Assembly (NCBI RefSeq): GCF_964213995.1
Contig: NW_027590175.1
Coordinates: 682,001-746,000 of the forward strand
Source of the DNA: Mustelus asterias
Taxonomy: Eukaryota
Reading direction: 5' to 3'
DNA length: 64,000 nt
In this document: one piece after another, positions 51,284 through 63,106 of the stretch
How the letters are laid out: the number at the start of each line of letters is the position of its first letter
Position numbering within the stretch: position 1 is the first letter of the stretch
Notes under the pieces: generated by a model
Told to the model about the DNA's origin: nothing
Database searches by the model: none
What the model saw: the letters and a program-made list of their open reading frames with translations, nothing else
Translations under genes and position numbers: made by a program

Positions 51284-51373
51284 AGCTCTCGCTCGGCCTT
51301 TGAACCCGAGACCTCTCGCAAGTTGGTGATGTTAATACCATCAGCTCGAATCATACCCCTCGTCCAAAGAGCC
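51284..51373 (-). pseudogene. tRNA-Pro pseudogene with intron-like insert in the anticodon loop
   Basis: rc ggctctttggacgaggggtatgatt...tgcgagaggtctcgggttcaaagg matches tRNA-Pro, with ~17 extra nt after the anticodon. Confidence 0.75.
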
Positions 51374-51996
51374 GCTGCTGGGGAAGTTTTTCAATGAAAA
51401 TATTTCCATTGCCTTTCAAAGCTGCTCAGACTTCTGCAGTGAAAGGTGAAAATGCCGGAAAAGCTCAGAAAGTCAGACAGCTTGTGTACACAGGAAAACA
51501 AATCTCATATTTTAGCTCCATAATCTCTGATTACCACGGGGAATGGTTCGAAACGTAGGAAGTTTTAAACAAGTGTTATCCAGCAGCATAACAAGAGGGG
51601 AGGCCTCTGGCCGGGTGTAAATCAGGAGAGCTTAAATGAGGGAAACAAAGAATTTTAAAGTAATTACACCACAGAATGGGGCCATTCCTAAGTCCTTTAC
51701 AGGACGCAGTTGTGTTGTGGATGAAGGGGAACCTGTGGATGTAATGTACGTAGATTACATTGGAGCCACAGTGATGAGTTGTTGGGTTTTGAAAATTGAA
51801 AGTTAAACTTAGGAAATAGAATTAGGAGCAGAAGTGGGCAAATTCACCCCTTCGAGCCTGAACCGTCATGCAATCAGTTCATGACTGATCTCTCCCTGTT
51901 CTCAAATCCACCTTCCTATCTGTTCCAATATCCACTCATCACTTTTATTATCAGGAATATATCTGTCTCCTTCTTGAAACCATTTAACAAATAGAT

Positions 51997-53226
51997 AACA
52001 AATAGGTTAGACCAAGGAGAGCCAATGGATGTTATCTATCTTGACTTCCAAAAGGCCTTTGACAAGGTGCCTCACGGGAGACTGCTGAGTAAAATAAGGG
52101 CCCATGGTATTCGAGGCAAGGTACTAACATGGATTGACGATTGGCTGTCAGACAGAAGGCAGAGAGTTGGGATAAAAGGTTCTTTCTCAGAATGGCAACC
52201 GGTGACAAGTGGTGTCCCGCAGGGTTCAGTGTTGGGGCCACAGCTGTTCTCTTTATATATTAACGATCTAGATGACGGGACTGGGAGCATTCTGGCCAAG
52301 TTTGCCGATGATACAAAGATAGGTGGAGGGACAGGTAGTATTGAGGAGGTGGGGAGGCTGCAGAAAGATTTAGACAGTTTAGGAGAGTGGTCCAAGAAGT
52401 GGCTGATGAAATTCAACGTGGGCAAGTGCGAGGTTGTACACTTTGGAAAAAAGAATAGAGGCATGGACTATTTTCTAAACGGTGACAAAATTCATAATGC
52501 TAAAGTGCAAAGGGACTTGGGAGTCCTAGTCCACGATTCTCTAAAGGTAAACTTGCAGGTTGAGTCCGTAATTAAGAAAGCAAATGTAATGTTGTCATTT
52601 ATCTCAAGAGGCTTGGAATACAAAAGCAGGGATGTACTTCTGAGGCTTTATAAAGCACTGGTTAGGCCCCATTTGGAGTACTGTGAGCAATTTTGGGCCC
52701 CACACCTCAGGAAGGACATACTGGCACTGGAGCGGGTCCAGCGGAGATTCACACGGATGATCCCAGGAATGGTAGGCCTGACATACGATGAACGTCTGAG
52801 GATCGTGGGATTATATTCATTGGAGTTTAGGAGGTTGAGGGGAGATCTGATAGAAACTTACAAGATAATGAACGGCTTAGATAGGATGGACGTAGGGAAG
52901 TTGTTTCCATTAACAGGGGAGACTAGGACGCGGGGGCACAGCCTTAGAATAAAAGGGAGTCACTTTAGAACAGAGATGAGGAGAAATTTCTTCAGCCAGA
53001 GAGTGGTGGGTCTGTGGAATTCATTGCCACAGAGGGCTGTGGAGGCCGAGACGTTGAGCGTCTTCAAGACAGAAATTGATAAATTCTTGATTTCTCGAGG
53101 AATTAAGGGCTATGGGGAGAGAGCGGGTAAATGGAGTTGAAATCAACCATGATTGAATGGTGGAGTGGACTCGATGGGCCGAATGGCCTTACTTCCGCTC
53201 CTATGTCTTATGGTCTTATGGTCTTA
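51997..53226 (+). mobile_element. Young 5'-truncated CR1
   Basis: Uninterrupted 371-aa RT/C-terminal ORF 52025..53140; (GGTCTTAT)n tail. Confidence 0.92.
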
Positions 53227-53585
53227 ATGATTCAGACTCCATCGCGCTATGGGGCAATGCATTCCACAAATTCACGACCCTCTGCGAGAAGTAGTTCCTC
53301 CTCATCTCAGTTTTAAATCTACCGCCCCTCAACCTATACATTTGACCTGTTGTTCTCGATCGCCCCATGAGATTTCGTCTACGTTCAATCTATCAATTAT
53401 TTTTAGAATTTTATATAGCCCGATCACTTCAGCATTTTGTGGGACTATTTTACCTCACTGTCGATTTCATGTCCCGGCGAACTCAATCGGTGTTATCATT
53501 AGCTGAAGCAGTCCATGTTCCATCCAAACTGGACATATTAAGAGATGTATCGTAAGTCAATTTGAAAAACACATTTCACCCGTGA

Positions 53586-53655
53586 CCCTGGATGTCCAGT
53601 GGGTTGTGTTTAGTACCACCCCACTGTTGTTTGGTTTCAATTCCCGCTCAGGAAG
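53586..53655 (+). pseudogene. tRNA-Glu-like remnant
   Basis: ccctggatgtccagtgg...ggtttcaattcccgctcaggaa resembles tRNA-Glu ends. Confidence 0.45.
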
Positions 53656-54563
53656 CAATTATTTATTCCTCTCGACAAACTATTAAAAATAACCTGATTT
53701 ACTATCTGATCAAAAGCAGATCTCCTAAAATCAGCCGAGTGAGGTTTGCAAGTCTCCATCACAGCTGGAAATGTCACATGTGCAACAGGTCAAGAACAAA
53801 TATAGTCGCAGAAAGACAGTGATAGGCTGCAAAGCGCTGACGATAGAGAGGGTGATGTAAGGTAAATCGGTCAGATTTTAGCGTTCACACTGAATTATTA
53901 AACCTTTCCCTCACTCTGCAACGACAATACTTGAAAAGGCTTCTGTCCAGTTTTGAACCGTCGGAAGCGAAAGTAATAACTGTGCGTGGAATGTCTGTTG
54001 TCTGTTGTAGTGGACTGAATATATCACCGTGGTGCAAACAGAAGGTGCCATTTTGCGGTAGAGACTTGCTTGTGGTGAACGTGATCTGGCGCGAAAATTA
54101 AAATAACAAAAGCAGCGTGGATAAGGAAAAATCTGTAAGACAGGCTGGTCTGGTGGTTAGAGTTTGACACTTTCACTGCTCTTTAGATTACAGGTCAGGA
54201 AATGGAGATTTGTCGCTCTCATCCAAACCACAAAAACAAATGTCAGGTATTGCCTGGTGGAACATATAAAACACAATCTTTCCTCGTGTCCTGAGGTGAA
54301 GACTGAGCAAATACAACGGGAGGTTTTCATGTCATATCTGGCAGGATATTGGGAACCAGACAAGGCTAAGGCATTTTTTTTGGTGCCTGTCCTTCACTGC
54401 AGCTGATTCTGTTTCTGACTGGATGTGATTTCTGTTTGTTACACAGTTCAGGATGAATTGATGCATTGAAGGAGCAGGCTCAAACCGACTGATGGCCTTT
54501 CTCAGCTCCTTTGCTGCTACTGAATTTCAGTAACGGTTTCAGCAAACAGCAGGATGGTTACGG

Positions 54564-54643
54564 GGGAGCATGGCAAAGCAATTTAAGCAAGTAGCTAGAT
54601 CCAGCCTCTGTATAAGCTGTGGGTTCAAATCCCGCCATTGCTC
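54564..54643 (+). pseudogene. tRNA-Leu-like pseudogene
   Basis: gggagcatggcaaagcaatttaag...tccagcctct...gtgggttcaaatcccgccattgc with long variable arm. Confidence 0.6.
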
Positions 54644-55178
54644 GAGTGGGCTTGAGTTTTGGTCTCTGCAGCTGAAATCGAGCAGTTCAGATTGAATGCA
54701 GGAGTTTCTGCCGTGTCGTTTTTGGCAGGAAGAAAGCGGAGACACAGACCAATGTAAACAGTTGTTGAGGTAAAGAAGCGCATGTGGAAGGAGTGGAGCA
54801 AATTATTATCGATGCTGGAATCGGAAACAAAAAGGGAAAATGCTGGAAAATGTCATCAAGTCTGGCAGCATCAGTTATGAGAGAAGAGAACTGATGTTTC
54901 GAGTCCAGATCACCCTTTGTCAAAACCGGAAGGAATTGAGTTGCTCCGACAGAGAATACAAACGGGAACACAGGCTGAATGGCTGTCTGCCGATATAACC
55001 ACAGGATTGCAAACATTGAGACTGCAGTCCCGGCCCAGGGGTAGATTGGGATTTTCTAACTGAGGCTCAAATCCTGTCATGTACACTTCCCGTCATTCCT
55101 TATTTTTATTGAAAGTTATTGGAAATGAAGCAATGGGTACAGAGATGATCAACTCATTGCAAATCTCTCACATCAGCG

Positions 55179-55240
55179 TCTCTGAGTGTCTAGTGACCAG
55201 AATCGACGCCGTGACGTGGTTTCAATTTCCAGTCACGGAG
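55179..55240 (+). pseudogene. tRNA-Glu-like remnant with internal deletion
   Basis: tctctgagtgtctagtgaccagaat...gccgtgacgtggtttcaatttccagtcacgga. Confidence 0.4.
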
Positions 55241-55367
55241 TGAATAACTTTTTGTTCAATTCTTCATTTGATGAAAACACGCCTCATAGCGTTTGTGAAG
55301 GTAGTAATATCTAAATCTTCCAGTTGGATGAACTTGCATCGGAGTTGGAAAAGTCAGAGATGCAAGT

Positions 55368-55845
55368 CCAGGATGCTACCGGGACTTGATGGATTGAGTT
55401 ATAAGGAGAGGCTGGATAGACTGCGACTTTTTTCTCTGGAGTGTAGGAGGCTGAGGGGTGATCTTATAGAGGTCTATAAAATAATGAGGGGCACAGATCA
55501 ACTAGATAGTCAATATATGTTCCAAAAGGTAGGGGAGTCTAAAACTAGGTTTAAGGTGAAAGGGGAGAGATACAAAAGCGTCCAGCGGGGCAATATTTTC
55601 ACACAGAGGGTGGTGAGTGTCTGGAACAAGCTGCCAGATGGAGTAGGAGCGGCGGGTACAATTTTGTCTTTTAAAAGGCATTTAGATAGTCACATGGGTA
55701 CAATGGGTATAGAGGGATATGGGCCAAATGCGGGGAATTGGGATTAGGTTGGGGGTTTAAAAAAAACGCGGCATGGACAAGTTGGGCCGAAGGGCCTGTT
55801 TCCATGCTGTAAACCTCTATGACTCTCTGACTCTGTGACTCCATG
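55368..55845 (+). mobile_element. CR1 3' fragment
   Basis: C-terminal ORF2 sequence (RRLRGDLIEVYKIM) and CR1 tail. Confidence 0.85.
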
Positions 55846-56076
55846 TAACACGAACGATAAACTCTGAAGAAGAATCACATAACAAGCACAACATACATGT
55901 CAGATACACACACAGCGCACATGTCAAATAATGTCATTTTCAAGTTGCATCTTTTAATTTCCTGCTCCCCACCAAATCAAAATCTCCACCAGATCAAAAA
56001 TCTCCGACCTCAAACCCTGTGCTGTTTCTCAATCCACTGATAATGCTGCACGTAATGTAAACGACGTGCAGCGCTT

Positions 56077-56151
56077 GGCTCCGTAGCTCAGTGGTTAGAG
56101 CACTGGTCTTGTAAATCAGGGGTCGTGAGTTCAATTGTTGCTGGGGAGCCT
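56077..56151 (+). pseudogene. tRNA-Thr (TGT), probably pseudogene
   Basis: GGCTCCGTAGCTCAGTGGTTAGAGCACTGGTCTTGTAAATCAGGGGTCGTGAGTTCAATTGTTGCTGGGGAGCCT; 5' half canonical, T-stem disrupted. Confidence 0.85.
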
Positions 56152-56429
56152 ATTGACTAAGCGTAGTTGATAGAAGCTGTAGGGTGGAGTCCAACAGACT
56201 GCAGGACGCAACAGAGAGCTTCTATGAGTGAAGGGGCAGATCAGGTGCAAACTTGGAAAGCGAAAAGATGTTCTTCGCCAAAAAATAGAAAGAGCAGGAT
56301 GTATTTGACAAGCTGAAAAATATAAATGTTGATCTGTAGAATAGATTCGTTTCTGCAAGGAATGCATGACGTTAGTATGTCGGTGCAGCAGACAAGTGGA
56401 AGGGCAATTGCGTTTTTGGTTTTTAGTTG

Positions 56430-57020
56430 CTGGCAGACTGGAGTCCAAGAATAACGACGTGTTTCTGCTGTTGCACAGGGTTAGTTGAGACCACATGTTG
56501 AATGATCTGTGCAGATGTGATAGTCGAATTAAAAAAGGGATGTGCTTGCTTTGGAAACGGTAAAGAGAAGATTCACCAGATTGCTCCCTGGGGTGAGGGA
56601 GCTGTCCTGTGATGGAATTCTCTGGAGTTTAGAAGAATAAGAGGCGATCTCATTGAACCCCTGCAGCTCTGATTAGGTTTGATAGGATGGAGGCTGAGAG
56701 ATTGTTTTTTTTTCTGCTGGTCGGGGAATCTAACCCACTGTGGCACAGATAACGCGCTGATCATTTTGGGCTAAGACAAGGAGAAATTACTTTACTCAAA
56801 GGGCTGAGAATCCTTGGCATTCTCTGTACCTGACTGTTATGTATGCCCCATCATCGAGTACATTTAAGGTTGGGATAAACAGGTTTCTGGTCTCTTGGGG
56901 AATTCAGGGATATGGGGAGATGGTGGAAAAACTGAGTTGTAGCCCAAGATCAATCAAGATGGTATTGAATGGTGGAACAGTCCCGATGGACTGAGTGGTC
57001 TGCTTCTTCTCCTGTTATTC
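56430..57020 (+). mobile_element. Old CR1 3' fragment
   Basis: Degenerate ctctggagtttagaagaataagaggcgatctcattgaa and gggatatggggag 3' motifs. Confidence 0.65.
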
Positions 57021-58299
57021 ATGATATAATAAAAGCAGAAAGTGCTGAAAGTTCTCAACAGGACTTGCAACAAATGTGGAGCAAGATATAGAATTAAGTT
57101 TCCGAGTCCAATATGACTCTTTGCAAACCAGTAACTGATTGCGAGTTACAGCAATTAGCACAACATCGAGAATGGGAATTGAATTGGATCCAGGCAGTGA
57201 AAGCCCTGAATTTAAACTGCTGCAGGATTTCTGTTGGAAAATTGTTCAGGAAAGTTGCTGCAACTGAAAGGGAGGAGGTTTGAGAGCATTCTGCGCCAAA
57301 TCGAGCTCCTCTATTACTGTTTCAACTTATGTTCCCAATATTGATATACTTTGTGTCCTTCTGCATCAGGGAAATACTGTCCAAACTTTGCCAGTCTTGC
57401 TGATATTCACTAAGTTGTCATACAAATCGATCGATGAATTATCATTTCAATTAAAACGAGGTATATTATATCATGCTGCTGTATATTTCCAACCTATTAG
57501 AAATCTGGGACTCACAGTAACTGATAGAAATTGATGCTGTAGTTGTAGATATAGAACTGGAACGCACCATCACACCGAGTGAATCCACTGTCTGTTTAAA
57601 TGTTGATCAGTGAAAATTTCAATCATCCACTGCTGTGTAACACACGGCCACTGAGTCAATAAGCAATAGCCAGTCAAAAAAAGCCTGTATCAGTCAATCT
57701 TTCTCGCAACTTTCAAACATGTTGTTATTCTCTGTACCATTTGCCCTTGAGGTATATGAATAAGTGAACGCAGTTTGTGATGGTAAAAAATGTGTTCACC
57801 CCCTCTGGGAACTGAATCACATTGGTGCACAGAGGAACACATACAGACACCGAGAGTCACAGAGGGCTGACGAGACACAAACATCCATAGATCAAGGATG
57901 TCACCAACTGGGTTCAGTTTTCTTCCATTTCTGGCTGGGGTTCTGATGAATTCTAGCTGACGAACAGAAATGAAGGAATGCGAAGTGAAGTAGGAAAAAC
58001 AGATGGGAATATTTGAAAGATTTTGATTCCATTGAAAGAATAATTAATTCTGCAGTCATCGAAAGGAATGAATGCTGAGCAGCGCATTGGGTGAGATTCA
58101 AATCACTGTGAGAAAACAATAATTTCAAATGCCGCTTGGCCATCGCTGCAACCGGTGTCAATGTGTCCATTGAATCATTGAATAGTGACAGCAACAAAAG
58201 TGAACATTCTGTTCCAGAAGGTCACGCTGCACCTTTCATCCCTGCTTTTTCTTCCTTACAAAATGCCATTTGCTGAAAAGACAAACGAGCTGCACTTTT

Positions 58300-58380
58300 T
58301 GGCAGTGGTGGGATTTTAACCCACAGAAATTCAGATATTGAAGCTTAAATTTAGTAATTAAGACCATGCGGCTCCACTAA
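58300..58380 (-). pseudogene. tRNA-Leu-like pseudogene
   Basis: tggcagtggtgggattttaacccac...agaccatgcggctccacta matches the rc of Leu AAG/TAG tRNAs. Confidence 0.65.
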
Positions 58381-58652
58381 CAATCGAAGGTAACTATTGC
58401 TCGGAGTAATACCGGCAACGGGTTAGAATATAATTGAGATTTTGAATGGGACATTTCGCCCCTCAAGCCCCTCACAATATTTTGGAATCATAGCCAAGCT
58501 GTTGTTTTCCAGCTGTTACATTTCCGACTTTTCCAGCTTTGATGAAAGATCCAGCTGGAAGATTAACTTTGTTTCTCACTCCACAGACGCTGCCAGATCT
58601 GGTTTCATTCAATGCGGAATTCCTTTTCATGGTGTCAGTTCACACAGCAATA

Positions 58653-58724
58653 CAAACTGGCTGGGGATTGAATCCAGTCCATAGTGATGAACGTGCCGAA
58701 TCCAAACCACTAGACCAGCAGGGA
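58653..58724 (-). pseudogene. tRNA-Glu-like pseudogene
   Basis: ctggctggggattgaatcc...gtgccgaatccaaaccactagaccagcaggga. Confidence 0.7.
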
Positions 58725-59295
58725 AGCTGACAGTGACTTTCCCAATCAGCGGATCATCGTCATTTTAGCCATTCTCTTCCTTCTCTTCCGTCACACAATC
58801 GACAGGTTTCTCATTTTTTAAAAATACTCTGCTTATTTCCACATTTGTCACCTGCGATCGAGTCCATGGTCGTGAAAACGATGACTTTGCACCATTGGAA
58901 CACCCGAGTTCCGCCATCACCAGCTCAATGTTGCCTTGTCTATCATTCCTTGTGTCAAATAATACACCCTCCCTAGTTTTCTGTGCCGAACCTCGCCTTC
59001 TGCCCTTTTTCAGGAGTGACCCCTGACTTTAAAACTAGAAAATGTAGGGGAAACCCATCAGACTAATTAAAATTTGCAAATATATGAATAATAGAACTTT
59101 TCCCTCAGTCTGCAATGAATGTGATTTGGAAAACAAATTCTGCCCAGTTTCATGCCGTGGGAGGCGGACGCGATAAGTGTCTTGGAATTATTCCTGTAAT
59201 TAGAACATAGAACATAGAACATTACAGCGCAGAACAGGCCCTTCGGCCCACGATGTTGCACCGACCAGTTAAAAAAAAAACTGTGACCCTCCAAC

Positions 59296-62115
59296 CTAAA
59301 CCAATTTCTTTTCGTCCATGAACCTATCTACGGATCTCTTAAACGCCCCCAAACTAGGCGCATTTACTACTGATGCTGGCAGGGCATTCCAATCCCTCAC
59401 CACCCTCTGGGTAAAGAACCTACCCCTGACATCGGTTCTATAACTACCCCCCCTCAATTTAAAGCCATGCCCCCTCGTGCTGGATTTCTCCATCAGAGGA
59501 AAAAGGCTATCACTATCCACCCTATCTAAACCTCTAATCATCTTATATGTTTCAATAAGATCCCCTCTTAGCCGCCGCCTTTCCAGCGAAAACAATCCCA
59601 AATCCCTCAGCCTCTCCTCATAGGATCTCCCCTCCATACCAGGCAACATCCTGGTAAACCTCCTCTGCACCCTCTCCAAAGCCTCCACATCCTTCCTGTA
59701 ATGTGGGGACCAGAACTGCACACAGTACTCCAAGTGCGGCCGCACCAGAGTTGTGTACAGTTGCAACATAACGCTACGACTCCTAAATTCAATCCCCCTA
59801 CCAATAAACGCCAAGACACCATATGCCTTCTTAACAACCTTATCTACTTGATTCCCAACTTTCAGGGATCTATGCACACATACACCTAGATCCCTCTGCT
59901 CCTCCACACTATTCAAAGTCCTCCCGTTAGCCCTATACTCAACACATCTGTTATTCCTACCAAAGTGAATTACCTCACACTTCTCCGCATTAAACTCCAT
60001 CCGCCACCTCTCGGCCCAACTTTGCAACCTGTCTAAGTCTTCCTGCAAACTACGACACCCTTCCTCACTGTCTACCACACCACCGACTTTGGTGTCATCA
60101 GCAAATTTGCTAATCCACCCAACTATACCCTCATCCAGATCATTAATAAATATTACAAACAGCAGTGGCCCCAAAACAGATCCCTGAGGTACACCACTTG
60201 TAACCGCACTCCATGATGAATATTTACTATCAACCACCACCCTCTGTTTCCTATCCGCTAGCCAATTCCTGATCCAATTTCCTAGATCACCCCCAATCCC
60301 ATACATCTGCATTTTCTGCAGAAGCCTACCATGGTGAACCTTATCAAACGCCTTACTAAAATCCATATATACCACGTCCACTGCCTTGCCCCCATCCACC
60401 TCCTTGGTCACTTTCTCAAAAAACTCAATAAGGTTAGTAAGGCACGACCTACCTGCCACAAAACCATGCTGACTATCACCTATCAATTCATTACTCTCCA
60501 AATAACTATAAATCCTATCCCTTATAATTTTTTCCAACATCTTGCCGACAACAGAAGTGAGACTCACCGGTCTATAATTCCCGGGGAAGTCTCTGTTCCC
60601 CTTCTTAAACAATGGGACAACATTCGCTAACCTCCAATCTTCTGGTACTATACCAGAGGCCAACGACGACCTGAAGATCAGAGCCAGAGGCTCTGCAATC
60701 ACTTCTCTTGCCTCCCAGAGAATCCTTGGATAAATCCCATCCGGACCAGGGGATTTATCTATTTTCAGACCCTCCAGAATATCCTGCACATCCTCCTTAT
60801 CAACTGTAATACTGTCTATTCTACTCCCTTGCAACCCAGTGTCCTCCTCAGCTATATTCATGTCCCCTTGCGTGAACACCGAAGAGAAATATTGGTTCAA
60901 TGCTTCACCAATCTCCTCCGGTTCCACACATAACTTCCCTCTGCCATCTATAACTGGCCCTAAACTTGCCCTAACCAACCTTCTGTTCTTGACATACCTA
61001 TAGAACGCCTTAGGATTCTCTTTAACCCTATCCGCCAAAGTCTTCTCATGTCCCCTTTTAGCCCTTCTAAGCTCGCTCTTCAACTCCCTCTTAGCCAATC
61101 TAAAGCTTTCTAGTGCACTACCCGAGTGCTCACGTCTCATCCGAACATAAGCCTCCTTTTTCTTTTTAACCAACAAAGAAACTTTTTTGGTGCACCACGG
61201 TTCCCTAGCCCTACCAATTCCTCCTTGCCTGACAGGGACATACCTATCACAGACTCGCAGTAGCTGCTCCTTGAAAAAACTCCACATGTCGGACGTTCCC
61301 AGTCCCTGTAATCTCCTAGTCCAACCTATGTTTCCTAATTCTCTCCTAATAGCCTCATAATTACCCTTCCCCCAGCTAAAACCACTGGCCCGAGGTTCAT
61401 GCCTATCCCTTTCCATCACTAAGGTGAACGTAACCGAATTGTGGTCACTATCACCAAAATGCACACCAACTTCCAAGTCTAGCACCTGGTCTGGCTCATT
61501 TCCCAGCACCAGATCCAATATAGCCTCACCTCTAGTTGGCCTGTCTACATACTGAGTCAAAAAACCTTCCTGCACGCTTTGAACAAAAACTGACCCCTCT
61601 AACGAGCTAGAGCTATAACAATTCCAGTCAATATTAGTCAAGTTAAAATCCCCCATAACAATTGCCCTATTACTTTCACTCCTAAGCAGGATTGACTCCG
61701 CAATCCTTTCCTCAACCTCTCTAGAACTTTTAGGAGGTCTATAAAAGACTCCCAACAGGGCGACCTCTCCTCTCCTATTTCTAATCTCCGCCCATACTAC
61801 CTCAACAGATAAGTCCTCATCAAACCTCCTCTCTGACACTGTGATACAATCTCTGACCAATAATGCTACCCCTCCCCCTCTTCTACCTCCTTCCCTACTT
61901 CGACTAAAACATTTGAACCCCGGGACCTGCAGCATCCATTCCTGCCCCTGCTCTATCCATGTCTCTGAAATAGCCACAACATCGAAGTCCCAGGTACTGA
62001 TCCACGCTGCAAGTTCACCCACTTTATTGCGAATACTCCTGGCATTGAAGTATACACATTTCAAACCCTGCTCCACCCCACCTCTGCAATGCCGTGCATT
62101 GCAGTCCCCATCCAT
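59296..62115 (-). CDS. CR1 ORF2 (APE endonuclease plus reverse transcriptase)
   Basis: NARS, SETW, GDFN and SDH endonuclease motifs; [17 protein letters not shown] and FADD RT motifs; 939 aa uninterrupted. Confidence 0.95.
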   Translation of the reverse strand: MDGDCNARHCRGGVEQGLKCVYFNARSIRNKVGELAAWISTWDFDVVAISETWIEQGQEWMLQVPGFKCFSRSREGGRRGGGVALLVRDCITVSERRFDEDLSVEVVWAEIRNRRGEVALLGVFYRPPKSSREVEERIAESILLRSESNRAIVMGDFNLTNIDWNCYSSSSLEGSVFVQSVQEGFLTQYVDRPTRGEAILDLVLGNEPDQVLDLEVGVHFGDSDHNSVTFTLVMERDRHEPRASGFSWGKGNYEAIRRELGNIGWTRRLQGLGTSDMWSFFKEQLLRVCDRYVPVRQGGIGRAREPWCTKKVSLLVKKKKEAYVRMRREHSGSALESFRLAKRELKSELRRAKRGHEKTLADRVKENPKAFYRYVKNRRLVRASLGPVIDGRGKLCVEPEEIGEALNQYFSSVFTQGDMNIAEEDTGLQGSRIDSITVDKEDVQDILEGLKIDKSPGPDGIYPRILWEAREVIAEPLALIFRSSLASGIVPEDWRLANVVPLFKKGNRDFPGNYRPVSLTSVVGKMLEKIIRDRIYSYLESNELIGDSQHGFVAGRSCLTNLIEFFEKVTKEVDGGKAVDVVYMDFSKAFDKVHHGRLLQKMQMYGIGGDLGNWIRNWLADRKQRVVVDSKYSSWSAVTSGVPQGSVLGPLLFVIFINDLDEGIVGWISKFADDTKVGGVVDSEEGCRSLQEDLDRLQSWAERWRMEFNAEKCEVIHFGRNNRCVEYRANGRTLNSVEEQRDLGVCVHRSLKVGNQVDKVVKKAYGVLAFIGRGIEFRSRSVMLQLYTTLVRPHLEYCVQFWSPHYRKDVEALERVQRRFTRMLPGMEGRSYEERLRDLGLFSLERRRLRGDLIETYKMIRGLDRVDSDSLFPLMEKSSTRGHGFKLRGGSYRTDVRGRFFTQRVVRDWNALPASVVNAPSLGAFKRSVDRFMDEKKLV

Positions 62116-62167
62116 GCATCCCTCACTTTCAGCCCCACTACTCAGGATCCCTCCCCCCCCCCCCGAA

Positions 62168-63106
62168 TCAGTTTAAACCTCCCTGCATGGCCTTAGCAAA
62201 TTTACCCCCCAGGATATTGGTCCCCTTCTGATTAAGGTGTAGACCATCCTTCTCATAGAGGTCACACCTTCCCCAGTACGAGCCCCAATTGCTTAAGTAC
62301 CTGAACCCCTCCCTCCTGCACCATCCCCTCAGCCATGAATTCAAACCTTCCCTCTCCCTATTCCTCTCTAAACTATCCCGTGGAACAGGCAAGAGTCCAG
62401 AGATAACCACTCTGTCAGTCTTGGCCTTTAGTTTCCACCCCAACTCCATAAATCCCTGCCTAATATCCCCTTCCCCTATCCTCCCTATGTCGTGTGTCCC
62501 CACATGTACAATAACTTGTGGTTTATCTCCCTCCCCCCTAAGAGTCCTGAATACCCTGTCAGACACATCCCGGACCCCAGCCCCTGGTAGGCAACAGACC
62601 AACCCTGAGTCCCTACCTTTAGTTCCGACCCTCCTATCTGTCCCCTTAATTGTGGAGTCCCCAATCACAAGGCCCAGTCTTTTACAGCCCCTAACCACCT
62701 GAGCTTTCTCACTCGGCTCACCCCCAGAGATCTGCTCTCTATGCTCAGTTGATTCCTCCTCAACTGTAGCCTCCAGCACCGAAAACCTATTATGGAGGGG
62801 AACCGCCCCAGGGGATTGTCTTCCCGATTGCTTCTTACCCCTCCTCCTGGCATTGACCCAAGCCTCATTTCTAGGAGTTACTATTTCTCTATAACTCCTA
62901 TCAACTTCCACCTCCGCCTCCCGAATTATGCGGAGTTCCTCTACCTCCCCCTCCAGCTCCTTTACACGCTCCTCCAGAAGCTGCAATCTAATGCACTTCT
63001 TACAACTAAAATCTCCTGAAACACTACTGGATTTCCTCACCACATACATCCCACAGGAGATGCAGCATACTGCCTGAACTGCCATCCCTGAAGCCATTAC
63101 CAGCAA
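62168..63106 (-). CDS. CR1 ORF1 protein (Cys-rich finger, coiled coil, SGNH esterase domain)
   Basis: CISC...CKKC, LEERVKELEGEVEEL, GDS, GTHD and DGLH motifs; 312 aa. Confidence 0.9.
   Translation of the reverse strand: MLVMASGMAVQAVCCISCGMYVVRKSSSVSGDFSCKKCIRLQLLEERVKELEGEVEELRIIREAEVEVDRSYREIVTPRNEAWVNARRRGKKQSGRQSPGAVPLHNRFSVLEATVEEESTEHREQISGGEPSEKAQVVRGCKRLGLVIGDSTIKGTDRRVGTKGRDSGLVCCLPGAGVRDVSDRVFRTLRGEGDKPQVIVHVGTHDIGRIGEGDIRQGFMELGWKLKAKTDRVVISGLLPVPRDSLERNREREGLNSWLRGWCRREGFRYLSNWGSYWGRCDLYEKDGLHLNQKGTNILGGKFAKAMQGGLN

Noticed and set aside
57165-57225. Possible further tRNA-Glu remnant on the minus strand
   Set aside because: Only ggcagtgaaagc and a weak B-box match; too degenerate to call.
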